Positions 15,728 through 25,116 of a stretch of DNA of 64,000 bases are shown here, one piece after another. This DNA is from Rhodospirillaceae bacterium. GTDB taxonomy: Bacteria; Pseudomonadota; Alphaproteobacteria; UBA7985. A model generated the notes under the pieces. That model searched no databases and had not been told where the DNA came from. It was given only the letters and a program-made list of their open reading frames with translations. Position 1 is the stretch's first letter, and each line of letters begins with the position of its first letter. The position numbers were made by a program, and so were the translations under genes. The stretch lies in assembly GCA_038141425.1 (NCBI GenBank), contig JAYQIC010000001.1, forward strand, positions 348,940 through 412,939, read 5' to 3'.

Positions 15728-16972
15728 TCAACAACTAAGGCGTTGGGATCGGCCCTGAATCTGGCGAACGACCGCCTTTCCCGCCCAGCGGCCGGTGGCG
15801 ATGCAGGCCTGCAGCAAATAGCCGCCGGTCGGCGCTTCCCAGTCGAGCATTTCTCCAGCCGCATAAACTGTTGGCAGCGCGCGAATCTGGAGATCAGAGT
15901 CGACCGCCTCCCACGCAACGCCGCCGTCAGAGGAAATTGCCCGCTCCATGCCAAAGGGGCGCAAAACCGAGATCGGAACGGATTTCAGGGCGGCGGCGAG
16001 GTTCTCAGGCGGCATTTCGCCCTTTCCTGAAGCCTGGCCCTCGAAAAACAGCGCGCGCTGCACGGCATCGAGGTTCAGGGCTTTGCGCAGGCGATTGCCC
16101 AGACTGTCTTTGCTGCGCGCCTTGGCTGCGGCGCGGGACAGGCGGGCCTCGATCTCAGCCACGGACCATTGCGGCAGCAGGTCGAGATGCAGGGTTTGCG
16201 GGCCACCATCCTGCGCGAGGGCATCGCGGATGGGAGCGCTGAGGGCGTAGACCGCCCCGCCCTCGATCCCGCGTCGGGTGATGACCGCCTCGCCCCTTGC
16301 GCTATGTTCGCCAAAATGGAAGCCGACATTCTTGACCGGCTTGCCCTCGACCAGCTGTAGCAGATGCGGGGTCCAGTCGACCTCGAAACCGCAGTTGCTG
16401 GGGGCGAAGGGAGACAGGGGTACACCGCGCTCGGCCAGCGCCGTCTTCCACGCGCCGGTCGAGCCCAAGCGCGGCCACGAGGCGCCGCCCAGCCCCAGCA
16501 CGGTCGCAGAAGCCCGCTGGGTGACTTCACGCCCGCCGCCCGCTTCGAAACGCAACGCGCCGCTGTCGTCCCAGCCGGTCCAGCGGTGGCGGTTCTGCAG
16601 TGTCGCCCCCAGCTGCTCCAGCCGCGACAGCCAGGCGCGTAGCAGGGCGAGGCCTTGAAGCTGTCCGGGAAGACGCGACCGCTGCTGCCGACGAACGTGC
16701 CCTCCCCAGCCGCGCGCACCAGTCGCGCAGGTCATCGGGGGTGAAGTCCTCGATAATGGGGTCAGCTCGGGCGCCCGCTCGGCATAGCGCGCGATGAACG
16801 GTTCCCGCGGTTCGGAATGGGTGATGTTGAGCCCGCCCAGCCCGGCCATGAGCAGCTTTCGCCCCGGTGAGGGCATCTGCTCATAGACCACGACCGGCAG
16901 TCCGGCTTCGGCGACAACTTCAGCGGCAGCCAGCCCGGCCGGGCCGGCCCCGATGACGGCGACAGGCTCCAC
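15728..16972 (-). CDS. FAD-dependent oxidoreductase of the HI0933/BaiN-like (TIGR03862-type) family; internal segment out of frame
   Basis: 414-aa ORF with Rossmann motif [14 protein letters not shown]. Residues between about 16645 and 16761 read sensibly only in the two other frames ([18 protein letters not shown] / [21 protein letters not shown]). This implies three single-base losses at GGGG 16758-16761, CCCC 16704-16707 and GGG 16645-16647, which together restore the frame. Confidence 0.7.
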   Translation of the reverse strand: MEPVAVIGAGPAGLAAAEVVAEAGLPVVVYEQMPSPGRKLLMAGLGGLNITHSEPREPFIARYAERAPELTPLSRTSPPMTCATGARGWGGHVRRQQRSRLPGQLQGLALLRAWLSRLEQLGATLQNRHRWTGWDDSGALRFEAGGGREVTQRASATVLGLGGASWPRLGSTGAWKTALAERGVPLSPFAPSNCGFEVDWTPHLLQLVEGKPVKNVGFHFGEHSARGEAVITRRGIEGGAVYALSAPIRDALAQDGGPQTLHLDLLPQWSVAEIEARLSRAAAKARSKDSLGNRLRKALNLDAVQRALFFEGQASGKGEMPPENLAAALKSVPISVLRPFGMERAISSDGGVAWEAVDSDLQIRALPTVYAAGEMLDWEAPTGGYLLQACIATGRWAGKAVVRQIQGRSQRLSC

Positions 16973-16976
16973 GCAA

Positions 16977-18788
16977 TCAGGCCGCGAAGGAGAAGGCGTC
17001 CTCGTCCAGCGCCATGATGGTTTCCTTGCCCGCGCCGATCATTTTGAACATGGCCTGGGCTTCGGGAAGCATGCGCTTGTAGAAGAACCGTGCGGTCTGG
17101 ACCTTGGCTTCGTAGAAGGCGGCATCGCCCTTGCCCTCGGCCAGCGCAGCCTTGGCCTTGAGCGCCATTTCACACCAGAGGTAGGCCAGTGCGGTCAGCG
17201 CAAACAGGCGCAGATAGTCCGCAGACGCTGCACCGACTTCTTCGGCGTCTTTCATGCCGCTCTGCGCGATCTGACCCGAAGCCTGCTGCAACCAGCCGAA
17301 GGTCTTCGCGAGATCCGGTATGAACTCTGCCGCTTCCGGGTTGCTGGCGTTGGCCTCGATGAAGGCCGAGACCGGGTGGAAGAAGCTGCGCAGGTAACGC
17401 CCGAAGTTGGCACCGAGCTTGCGTCCGGCCAGATCGAGCGCCTGAATGCCGTTGGTGCCTTCATAGATCTGGGCGATGCGGGCATCGCGGATCAGCTGCT
17501 CCATGCCCCATTCCTGGATATAGCCGTGCCCGCCCATGGTCTGAACGCCGAGGTTCGCAGCCTCGGACCCGGCATCGGTCATGTACGACTTGATGATCGG
17601 GGTCATGAGCTGGACGAAATCGTCCGCGTCCTGCCGGACTTGCGCGTCGCTGTGCTTGACGGCCTTGTCGATTTCCAGCGCGATCCAAGCGGCGAGCGCG
17701 CGGCCGCCTTCGTTGTTGGCCTTCATCCGCAGCAGCATGCGGCGCACGTCTGGGTGCACGAGGATGGAGTCTGCGGCCCGGTCCGGGCTCTGCGTACCGC
17801 CCAGCGAACGGCCCTGATCCCGGTTGCGGGCGTAGTCGAAGGCCGACTGGAAGGCGATTTCGCCGATGCCCAGCCCCTGCATGCCCACGCCCAGGCGGGC
17901 TGCGTTCATCATGGTGAACATGGCCGCGAGGCCCTTGTTCGGCTGGCCGACCATCCAGCCGATAGCGCCGTCGAAGAACAGCTGACAGGTTGCGTTGCCG
18001 TGGATCCCCATCTTCTCCTCGATGGCGTTACAGCGCACGCCGTTGCGTTGGCCCGGGGTGTTCTCTGCCGTGGGCAAGAATTTCGGGACGAGGAACAGCG
18101 AGATCCCTTTCACGCCCTCGGGCGCGTCGGGCAACTTGGCCAGCACGAGGTGGACAATGTTCTCGGTTAGGTCGTGCTCACCAGCAGAGATGAAGATTTT
18201 CTGCCCGGTCAGCGCGAAGCTGCCGTCGCCCTTGGGCTCGGCCTTGGTCTTGATCAGGCCCAGATCGGTGCCGCAATGCGGCTCGGTCAGGCACATGGTG
18301 CCGGACCACTCGCCCGAGTTCAGCTTGGGCAGGTACTGATCCTTCTGCTCTTCGGTGCCGTGCAGGTAGATGGCGTTGTAACAGCCGTGGCTCAGCCCCG
18401 GGTACATGCCGAAGGCCATGTTGGTCGAGCCCACCATTTCCTGGATCATGAACTCCAGCGTATGCGGCAGGCCGGTGCCGCCGTATTTCGGGTCGGTCGA
18501 CAGCGAGGTAAAGCCGTTTTCGCAGTACTTGTCGTAGGCTTCCTTGAACCCGGTCGGGGTCCGGACCACGCCGTTTTCCAGCGTGCAGCCTTCACGGTGA
18601 CCAGTCTGGTTCAGGGGCAGCAGCTCGTTCTTGGTGAACTTCGCGGCCTCGTCCAGCATGGCGTTGATCAGGTCGGGCGAGGCATCCTCGTAACCCTCGT
18701 AGGTGCTCAGCTCGGAAGCGTCCCAGAGCTCGTGCAGGACGAACTTCATATCCTTGAGCGGCGCGTTGTAAGCGTCAGTGACTGGCAT
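16977..18788 (-). CDS. Acyl-CoA dehydrogenase (long, about 600-aa FadE-like form)
   Basis: Intact 603-aa ORF with ACAD N, middle and C domains (IYEGTNGIQALDL) plus a long C-terminal extension. Confidence 0.9.
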   Translation of the reverse strand: MPVTDAYNAPLKDMKFVLHELWDASELSTYEGYEDASPDLINAMLDEAAKFTKNELLPLNQTGHREGCTLENGVVRTPTGFKEAYDKYCENGFTSLSTDPKYGGTGLPHTLEFMIQEMVGSTNMAFGMYPGLSHGCYNAIYLHGTEEQKDQYLPKLNSGEWSGTMCLTEPHCGTDLGLIKTKAEPKGDGSFALTGQKIFISAGEHDLTENIVHLVLAKLPDAPEGVKGISLFLVPKFLPTAENTPGQRNGVRCNAIEEKMGIHGNATCQLFFDGAIGWMVGQPNKGLAAMFTMMNAARLGVGMQGLGIGEIAFQSAFDYARNRDQGRSLGGTQSPDRAADSILVHPDVRRMLLRMKANNEGGRALAAWIALEIDKAVKHSDAQVRQDADDFVQLMTPIIKSYMTDAGSEAANLGVQTMGGHGYIQEWGMEQLIRDARIAQIYEGTNGIQALDLAGRKLGANFGRYLRSFFHPVSAFIEANASNPEAAEFIPDLAKTFGWLQQASGQIAQSGMKDAEEVGAASADYLRLFALTALAYLWCEMALKAKAALAEGKGDAAFYEAKVQTARFFYKRMLPEAQAMFKMIGAGKETIMALDEDAFSFAA

Positions 18789-18876
18789 CTCTGCCTCCTC
18801 AGTTTGCAGGCTCCCACCTTAGGTCAAAGCCCGGCGGGCGCCGAGGGCGCTTGGTGTCGCGCCACAGTTATGGTGT

Positions 18877-21211
18877 CTAGTTCCGCAACGGCTTGTTGGT
18901 GTTGAGCATGTGCTCCATCCGGGCCAGCGACTTGGGTTCCTTGAGCATCTTGACGAAGTACTTCTGCTCGAGCTTGAGCAGGTCGCGTTCCGTCAGCTCC
19001 TCGGTTACGTCCGTGTCTTCCCCGGTCAGCACCTGCCCCACGGCACGGCCGACGGTCACGTCGTGGTCGGTGGCCATGCCCTTGAGGTGGAAGTCGTGCA
19101 GCGCCATGTCGATGGTCGCACGTCCGGTAGCGCCGGGGAGGCGGAAGGTCGCCTCTTCCGGTGGCTCGTAGCCCTCGACCATGGCCAGCGCGCGCTGCTT
19201 GGCGTCGTAGAGCACCCGCTCCTTGTTGAAGGTAATGCTGTCGGCCTCGTTGATGATCAGCATGTCGCGCTGGGCTTCCATGGCGGACTTGGCGACCTGC
19301 CCCGTCCCGATCAGCTCGAAGGCCTTGACCAGCGCGGGCATGGGGGCCTCGGGCGCTGCGCTTGTTGGCACTATGGCGGCGGATCATCTCCTTGCACCCG
19401 CCCCAGCCGGGCAGAACCCCGACCCCGACCTCGACCAGACCGGTGTAGGTCTCGGCGTGGGCCTGAACCGCGTCGGAATGCATCAGGATTTCACAGCCAC
19501 CGCCTACGGCGACACCCGAGGGTGCGGAGACCACCGGGAAGCCCGAGAAGCGCAGGTTCATGTAGGTATCCTGACCGCCCTTGATTGCACCCTGCACCTG
19601 CGGCCAGGCGGCGAGGTTGGAGGCGAACAGCGCGATACCGAGGTTGGCCCCGACGGAAAAGTTGCGGCCCTCGTTGTGGATCACCAGCGCCTTCCAGGCT
19701 TCATCCTTGTCGATCAGCGCGATGGTCTTGTTGAGCATGGCCATCACACCATCGTCGAGCGAATTGGCGTAAGTGGTGAACTCGAAACACAGAACGCCGT
19801 CGCCCAGATCCCAGACCGACGCCGCTCCCGCTGCGCAGCACCGGCTCGGACCGACGCTTGATGTCGGAGAGCAGGAGCACGCCCTCTGGCCGCACGACAG
19901 CCTGATAACTGCCGTCGCCAACCATGAAGAAGCGTTCGCCGTCCTCGACCTTGTAGAAGGTGCCGTCACCGACCGCTGGAGCAGGGGCGGCACGCTACGG
20001 CCTTCTTCGGCCAGCTTGCCCGCGACCCACGCGGGGCCGACAACGTCCATCAGCTCGAACGGACCCCATTTAAGGCCGTAGCCGGTCTTCATCGCCTCAT
20101 CGACGTCGAAGATCGAATGCGCGATGTCGAGCGCGTGCTCGGCGGCGTAGACGAAGTACTTGGACATGTAGGACCAGGCCGCATCGGCGAGGCTGTCGCC
20201 AGCCTCAAAGACAGCGCGCGCACCTTTCTTGGATACCGCCAGCGCGGCGCCTGTCGGCTTCTCGACCGGGCGGTATTCGCCGGTTTTAAGGTCGCGGACT
20301 TCCTTGACCTTGCCGCCGCCCTCACGGTTGATCCGGTACCAGCCGCCCTTGCCCTTCCGGCCGGTGTAACCCTCGGCGATCATCTTATCGAGCAGCTCGG
20401 ACTCGCGGAATTCCTCGCGGAACAGGTCGCCCTGATTGACGTTGTCGTAGAGCGATTTGGAGACGTAGGGGCCCAGATCCAGCCCGACCAGATCCATCAG
20501 CTTGAAGATGCCGGTCGAAGGGAAGCCGAAGTGACGCCCGGCGAGGGCGTCCGCCTGCTCGATGCTCAAACCGTGGTCAGCGGTGGCGTTCGACGCCGCC
20601 TGCAGCAACAGCGAGCCCAGACGGTTGGCGATAAAGCCGGGCGTGTCCTGACAATCGATCACCTTCTTGCCCAGCGCCACGTCGCAGACCCGGCGGAGTT
20701 CATCGACCACGTCCGCGTCGGTGGCCTCGGTCGTCACCAGCTCCAGCAGCTGCATGTAGCGCGGCGGGTTGAAGAAATGGGTGATGGCGAAGCGCTTGGC
20801 GCGAGCCGGATCCATGCCGTCTGTCAGGATCGACAGTGGGATGGTCGAGGTGTTGGAGGTGATGATCGCGTCGGGCTTGGCAACCCCGGCGAGCTGCTTG
20901 TAGAGGCCCTGCTTGATGTCTGCACGCTCCACGATCACCTCGATGATCCAGTCAACATCGGCGAGGCGGTCGAGGTGGTCTTCGAGGTTGCCGGGGGTGA
21001 CGTAGCGGGCGCGGGACTTGTGCATGAACGGCGCGGGGTCGGTCTTCAGCGCTTTCTTGATCGCGCCCTTGGCCACCACGTCGCGGTCGGTGGCGCCTTC
21101 CGGCACGATGTCCAGCAAGTCCACCTTGTAACCGGCGTTGGCGCACTGCGCTGCAATGCCCATGCCCATAACGCCGGACCCGATGACGGCGATTTTTCTG
21201 ATCTCAGTCAT
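18877..21211 (-). CDS. 3-hydroxyacyl-CoA dehydrogenase / enoyl-CoA hydratase family protein, at least three frameshifts as sequenced
   Basis: Starts at ATG 21211 (MTEIRKIAVIGSGVMGMGIA, NAD-binding). Crotonase-fold part includes VAVGGGCEILMHSD. The true C-terminus is ORF 18877..19371 (...EQKYFVKMLKEPKSLARMEHMLNTNKPLRN*). Out-of-frame stretches are bounded at about 19973, 19820 and 19353. Confidence 0.85.
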
Positions 21212-21240
21212 TTCGATCTGCTTTCCTGTCGGGCCTGTGC

Positions 21241-22366
21241 TCAGGCGGCTTCCATGATGGTGGCGATGCCCTGACCGCCGCCGATGCACTGCGTGGACAA
21301 GCGCGTACTTCTTGCCTTCACGCTTGAGCAGGGCTGCGGCCTTGCCGGTGATCCGTGCACCGGTTGCGCCCAGCGGGTGGCCGATGGCGATGGCGCCGCC
21401 GTCGAGGTTGATACGCTCCAAATCCATCCCGAGATCGTTGATGCAGGCGATGGACTGTGAGGCGAAGGCTTCGTTGAGCTCTACGATGTCGATATCGCCC
21501 ATTTCCAGGCCGGCACGCTTCAGCGCCTTCCGGGTTGCGCCAATCGGGCCAAGCCCCATCACGTCGGGGTCACAGCCGTTGATCGCCATCGAGCGGATGA
21601 CGGCCAGCGGGGTCAGGTTGTGTTCGCGGGCGTATTCGGCCGAACAGACGAGCGTTGCCGCCGCGCCGTCGGTCAGGGGGGAAGACGTGCCTGCGGTCAC
21701 CGAACCTGTGGCCGAAAACGCTGGCTTGAGGCCCGACAGGCCTTCCATGTTGGTATCAGGGCGAATGCAGCCGTCGGCGTCGACGCCGTCGACGGTGACG
21801 ATTTCGTCCCGCAGCTTGCCGGCTTCGTGGGCTGCTGCTGCCTTGCGGTGCGATTCAACGGCGAAGGCTTCCTGCGCTTCACGGCTGAGCTGGTAGCGCT
21901 CGGCGACGACCTCTGCCGTCTCACCCATGCCCATGTAGACGCCGTGAACGTCCGCCATCAGCTGTGCGTTCGGCATAGGGTTGAAGCCGCCCATGGGCAC
22001 GCGGGTCATGGACTCGACCCCGGCCGCGACGAAGGCATCGCCTGCGCCCATAGCAATCTGACCGGCGGCGTAGTGGATCGCCGACATCGAAGACCCGCAC
22101 CAGCGATTGATGGTGGCGCCGCCAACCTCTTTCGGGAACCCGGCGCGCAGGGCAACCAGACGGCCCATCAGCAGCCCCTGCTCGCCCTCGGGCGTGGCGT
22201 TGCCGAGGATCACGTCCTCGACCGTTGCCGGATCGACCCCGGCGCGCTCAACGACAGCAGAAACGACCGCCGCCGCCATATCATCGGGGCGGGTCTTGGT
22301 CAGGAGGCCCTTGTGGGCGGGTTGAAAGGCCGTGCGGGCATACTGCGCGATGACGATTTGCGTCAT
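21241..22366 (-). CDS. Acetyl-CoA C-acyltransferase (3-ketoacyl-CoA thiolase), one frameshift near the 3' end
   Basis: N-terminal part of the 1180-aa ORF. Motifs INRWCGSSM (active-site Cys), NEAFASQ and GGAIAIGHPLGATG. The conserved end (STQCIGGGQGIATIMEAA*) with stop at 21241-21243 reads only after a 1-nt correction at 21299-21300. As sequenced, the ORF runs on into the next gene. Confidence 0.9.
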
Positions 22367-22399
22367 GGGTCCGGGTTTCCTCTGGTTAAAAAGCTCTAT

Positions 22400-22419
22400 G
22401 GTAAAATGTACGTTTTACC
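22400..22419. promoter_or_regulatory. 20-bp palindrome upstream of the beta-oxidation operon (candidate operator)
   Basis: GGTAAAAtGTACgTTTTACC has 7-bp perfect arms plus a GTAC core. It lies 34-53 nt upstream of the thiolase ATG. On the coding strand it sits between TTGGGT and TAGAGC hexamers spaced about 18 nt apart. Confidence 0.35.
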
Positions 22420-22524
22420 CAAGAGGAGTCAAGAACCCGTCTCCGGCCTTTTGCAGGACGCAGATCAGCGCAGACGATTTGACAGCGACGGCCAATGCGT
22501 CGATAGCGGAAAGCCCTTAAGTTA

Positions 22525-23622
22525 GTGCGCAACCCTGCTGGAGCTTGGCCGGTGATCAAGAAACTTCCGAACAAACCCAAGCGCCTGCGCGCGCACCTAG
22601 AGCAGCACCTGCATATTCTCGATACGCTGCCGTTTGCGATTCTGCAGATCAACAAGAAGTACAAAGTGGTCTGGGCCAACCTCGCCGCCAACGAGCTGCT
22701 GCAGATGGACCCCGTCAGCCAGACGGTCGACGACGTATTCTCCAACGACGTACTCTATGACGCCGTGGAAGCCTGCTTCACCGAAGGCGAGGAATTCCGC
22801 TTCGAGTTTGAGTGGGGCCAACGGCCCACGCTGTCTATTCTGGCCACGGTCACCCCGATGCAGCAGACCTCTGCGCAGGGTGGCCGCATGATCATGACGC
22901 TGCAGGACCTGACCACCCAGCGCCAGACCGAGCAGGTGCGCGCCGACTTTGTCGCCAACGTCAGTCACGAACTGCGCACGCCGCTGTCGACACTGGTTGG
23001 CTTCATCGAGACCCTGCAAGGCCCGGCCCGCGGGGATGCAGAGGCCGCCGTGAAGTTCCTCGGCATTATGGCCGACCAGGCTGCGCGCATGTCGCGGCTG
23101 GTGGAAGACCTGCTGTCGCTGTCATCGATCGAGATGAACGCAAGCGTCGTCCCCAGCGGGGCGGTGGATCTGGAAAAGCTGCTGCTCACGGTTTCTGAGT
23201 CGCTGTCCAACCGTGCAGAGCGCGCCGAACAGTTGATCGATCATGCGATCGACGGCTCGCTGCTGGTTCGTGGCGATTCCGATGAACTGACGCAGGTGTT
23301 CTGGAACCTGATCGAGAACGCGATCAAGTACGGCCGAATCGGGCAGACCGTGAACCTCCGTGCTACGGCGATTTCCGAAGGCAGCGAAATCCGGGTCGAT
23401 GTCATTGACGAGGGCGAAGGCATCGACGAGCAGCACCTCTCACGGCTGACCGAGCGTTTTTACCGTGTGGACAAGGGCCGCAGCCGGGAAATGGGCGGTA
23501 CCGGGCTGGGACTGGCAATTGTGAAGCATATCGTCGCCCGCCACCGCGGGCGTCTGATCATCACCTCGGTCCCAGATCAGGGATCGACCTTCAGCGTGGT
23601 TCTACCTGCCATCCGCGGATGA
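22525..23622 (+). CDS. phoR: Phosphate regulon sensor histidine kinase PhoR (start uncertain)
   Basis: 365-aa ORF. PAS-like region, H-box DFVANVSHELRTPL, and ATPase G-box GGTGLGLAIVKHI. Located next to pstSCAB-phoB. I see no obvious N-terminal transmembrane segment. Confidence 0.8.
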   Translation: MRNPAGAWPVIKKLPNKPKRLRAHLEQHLHILDTLPFAILQINKKYKVVWANLAANELLQMDPVSQTVDDVFSNDVLYDAVEACFTEGEEFRFEFEWGQRPTLSILATVTPMQQTSAQGGRMIMTLQDLTTQRQTEQVRADFVANVSHELRTPLSTLVGFIETLQGPARGDAEAAVKFLGIMADQAARMSRLVEDLLSLSSIEMNASVVPSGAVDLEKLLLTVSESLSNRAERAEQLIDHAIDGSLLVRGDSDELTQVFWNLIENAIKYGRIGQTVNLRATAISEGSEIRVDVIDEGEGIDEQHLSRLTERFYRVDKGRSREMGGTGLGLAIVKHIVARHRGRLIITSVPDQGSTFSVVLPAIRG

Positions 23623-23641
23623 TCCAGACACAATCATCCGC

Positions 23642-23693
23642 GCTGTCATGAAACCGTAACATTGACGTAACATCCAAGAAGCGTCGCGTAACT
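23642..23693 (+). promoter_or_regulatory. Pho box and -10 element of the pstS promoter
   Basis: CTGTCATgaaaCCGTAACattgACGTAAC (23642-23670) is three 7-nt repeats at 11-nt periodicity, resembling the CTGTCAT-N4-CTGTCAT PhoB site. TAACTA (23688-23693) follows 17 nt downstream. The element lies about 145 nt upstream of pstS. Confidence 0.6.
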
Positions 23694-23814
23694 AAGCCCA
23701 GTTTCACCGGCGCGGGTCGGCTGAGTCTGGTGGGATTTTGTGGAAGACGTCCATGCCTGAACTCGGCTGCTTCGACCGGCCTGTAGAAAGCGTCAAACTC
23801 TTGGAGATCCCCAC

Positions 23815-24802
23815 ATGCGTCTCGTTGCTCTGACCCTTGCTGGTCTGATCACTGCCGGTGCTGCTGCTGCAGACCGCGCAGATACCGTATCGATCGTCGG
23901 TTCGTCGACGGTTTACCCCTTTGCCACCGCTGTCGCTGAAGCCTTCGGTGAGACCACCGACTTCAACACCCCTGTTATCGAATCCACCGGCTCTGGCGGC
24001 GGCATGAAGCTGTTCTGTGCTGGTGTCGGCCTCGACCACCCAGACGTGACGAACGCTTCACGCCGTCAGAAGTCCAGCGAAGCAGAAACCTGCGCAGCCA
24101 ACGGCGTTGAGTTCACCGAATTCATGATTGGTTACGACGGCATCGTACTCGCCAACTCCAAAAACGGTGGCCCCACACTCGACATGTCCAAGATGCAGAT
24201 TGCCATGGGCGTGCTGGCTGAAATCCCGAACGCTGATTGCACCGAATTCTCCGCCAACCCTTACAGCAACTGGTCGGATATCGATGCGTCTCTGCCAGAA
24301 CCGTCCGATTCTGGTTCTGGGTCCACCAACCTCATCCGGTACCCGTGACGCCTTCGAAGAACTGGTGATCCACTCTGCGCTGAAGAGCGTTGGCTGTGAC
24401 AAAGCAACCTACAAGGCCGCTGAAATCCGCGAAGACGGCGCCTACGTCGAATCCGGTGAGAACGACACCCTGATCGTCGATCAGCTGGTTAAGGACGGCG
24501 ACGCCATCGGCGTGTTCGGCTTCTCGTTCCTGCAGAATAACGCCGACCGCCTCAAGGGCGCGTCCGTCGGCGGTGTTTCCCCGACCTTTGACGCCATCGC
24601 CTCGGGCGACTACCCGGTCTCCCGCTCGCTGTGGTTCTACGTCAAGAACAACCACGTCGGCATCGTACCGGGCATTGCCGAGTACGCTGAAGAATTCGTC
24701 GTGCAGGCCGCTCAGGATGGCCCACTGACCGAGATCGGCCTGATCCCGGGTGGCGACGATGACCAGGATGCCATGGAAGCCGCACTGGACTCGCTGTTCT
24801 AG
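23815..24802 (+). CDS. pstS: Phosphate ABC transporter substrate-binding protein PstS, one frameshift as sequenced
   Basis: ORFs 23815..24348 (signal peptide, VSIVGSSTVYPF, TGSGGG) and 24128..24802 (GPPTSSGTRDAF...) join at about 24297. Confidence 0.85.
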
Positions 24803-24823
24803 GTTTGCGCTGCGAGCAAACCC

Positions 24824-24857
24824 GGCCGCCCCAGCCTAACCCCGGGCCGGGGCGGTC
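24824..24857 (+). promoter_or_regulatory. GC-rich intercistronic stem-loop after pstS
   Basis: CCGCCCC (24826-24832) pairs with GGGGCGG (24849-24855), extendable by two pairs. No U-tract follows. Possibly an mRNA-stabilising or attenuating hairpin between pstS and pstC. Confidence 0.3.
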
Positions 24858-25116
24858 AGCATAGACAGAAGGTTCCCCCGATCTTCTGGCCCCTAAGGGG
24901 ATTGGCTTGCCCGTCAGGCCGGTCCCTCCTTTTTCGCCTACGCCGGCGCTGTTACGCCGACGTTCACTTCGGAAGACCCGGAGTTCCGGACAGAGACCAG
25001 CGGCATCCCAAGGTCCTTGTCCGAAGCCCCGCGTCGGCACTTCAGTTAAGTTCAGGAATTCGCGTCGATGAATCGCACCTTCAAGCCTGTCGCTCCAGAT
25101 TGCGTTCTTCATCATC

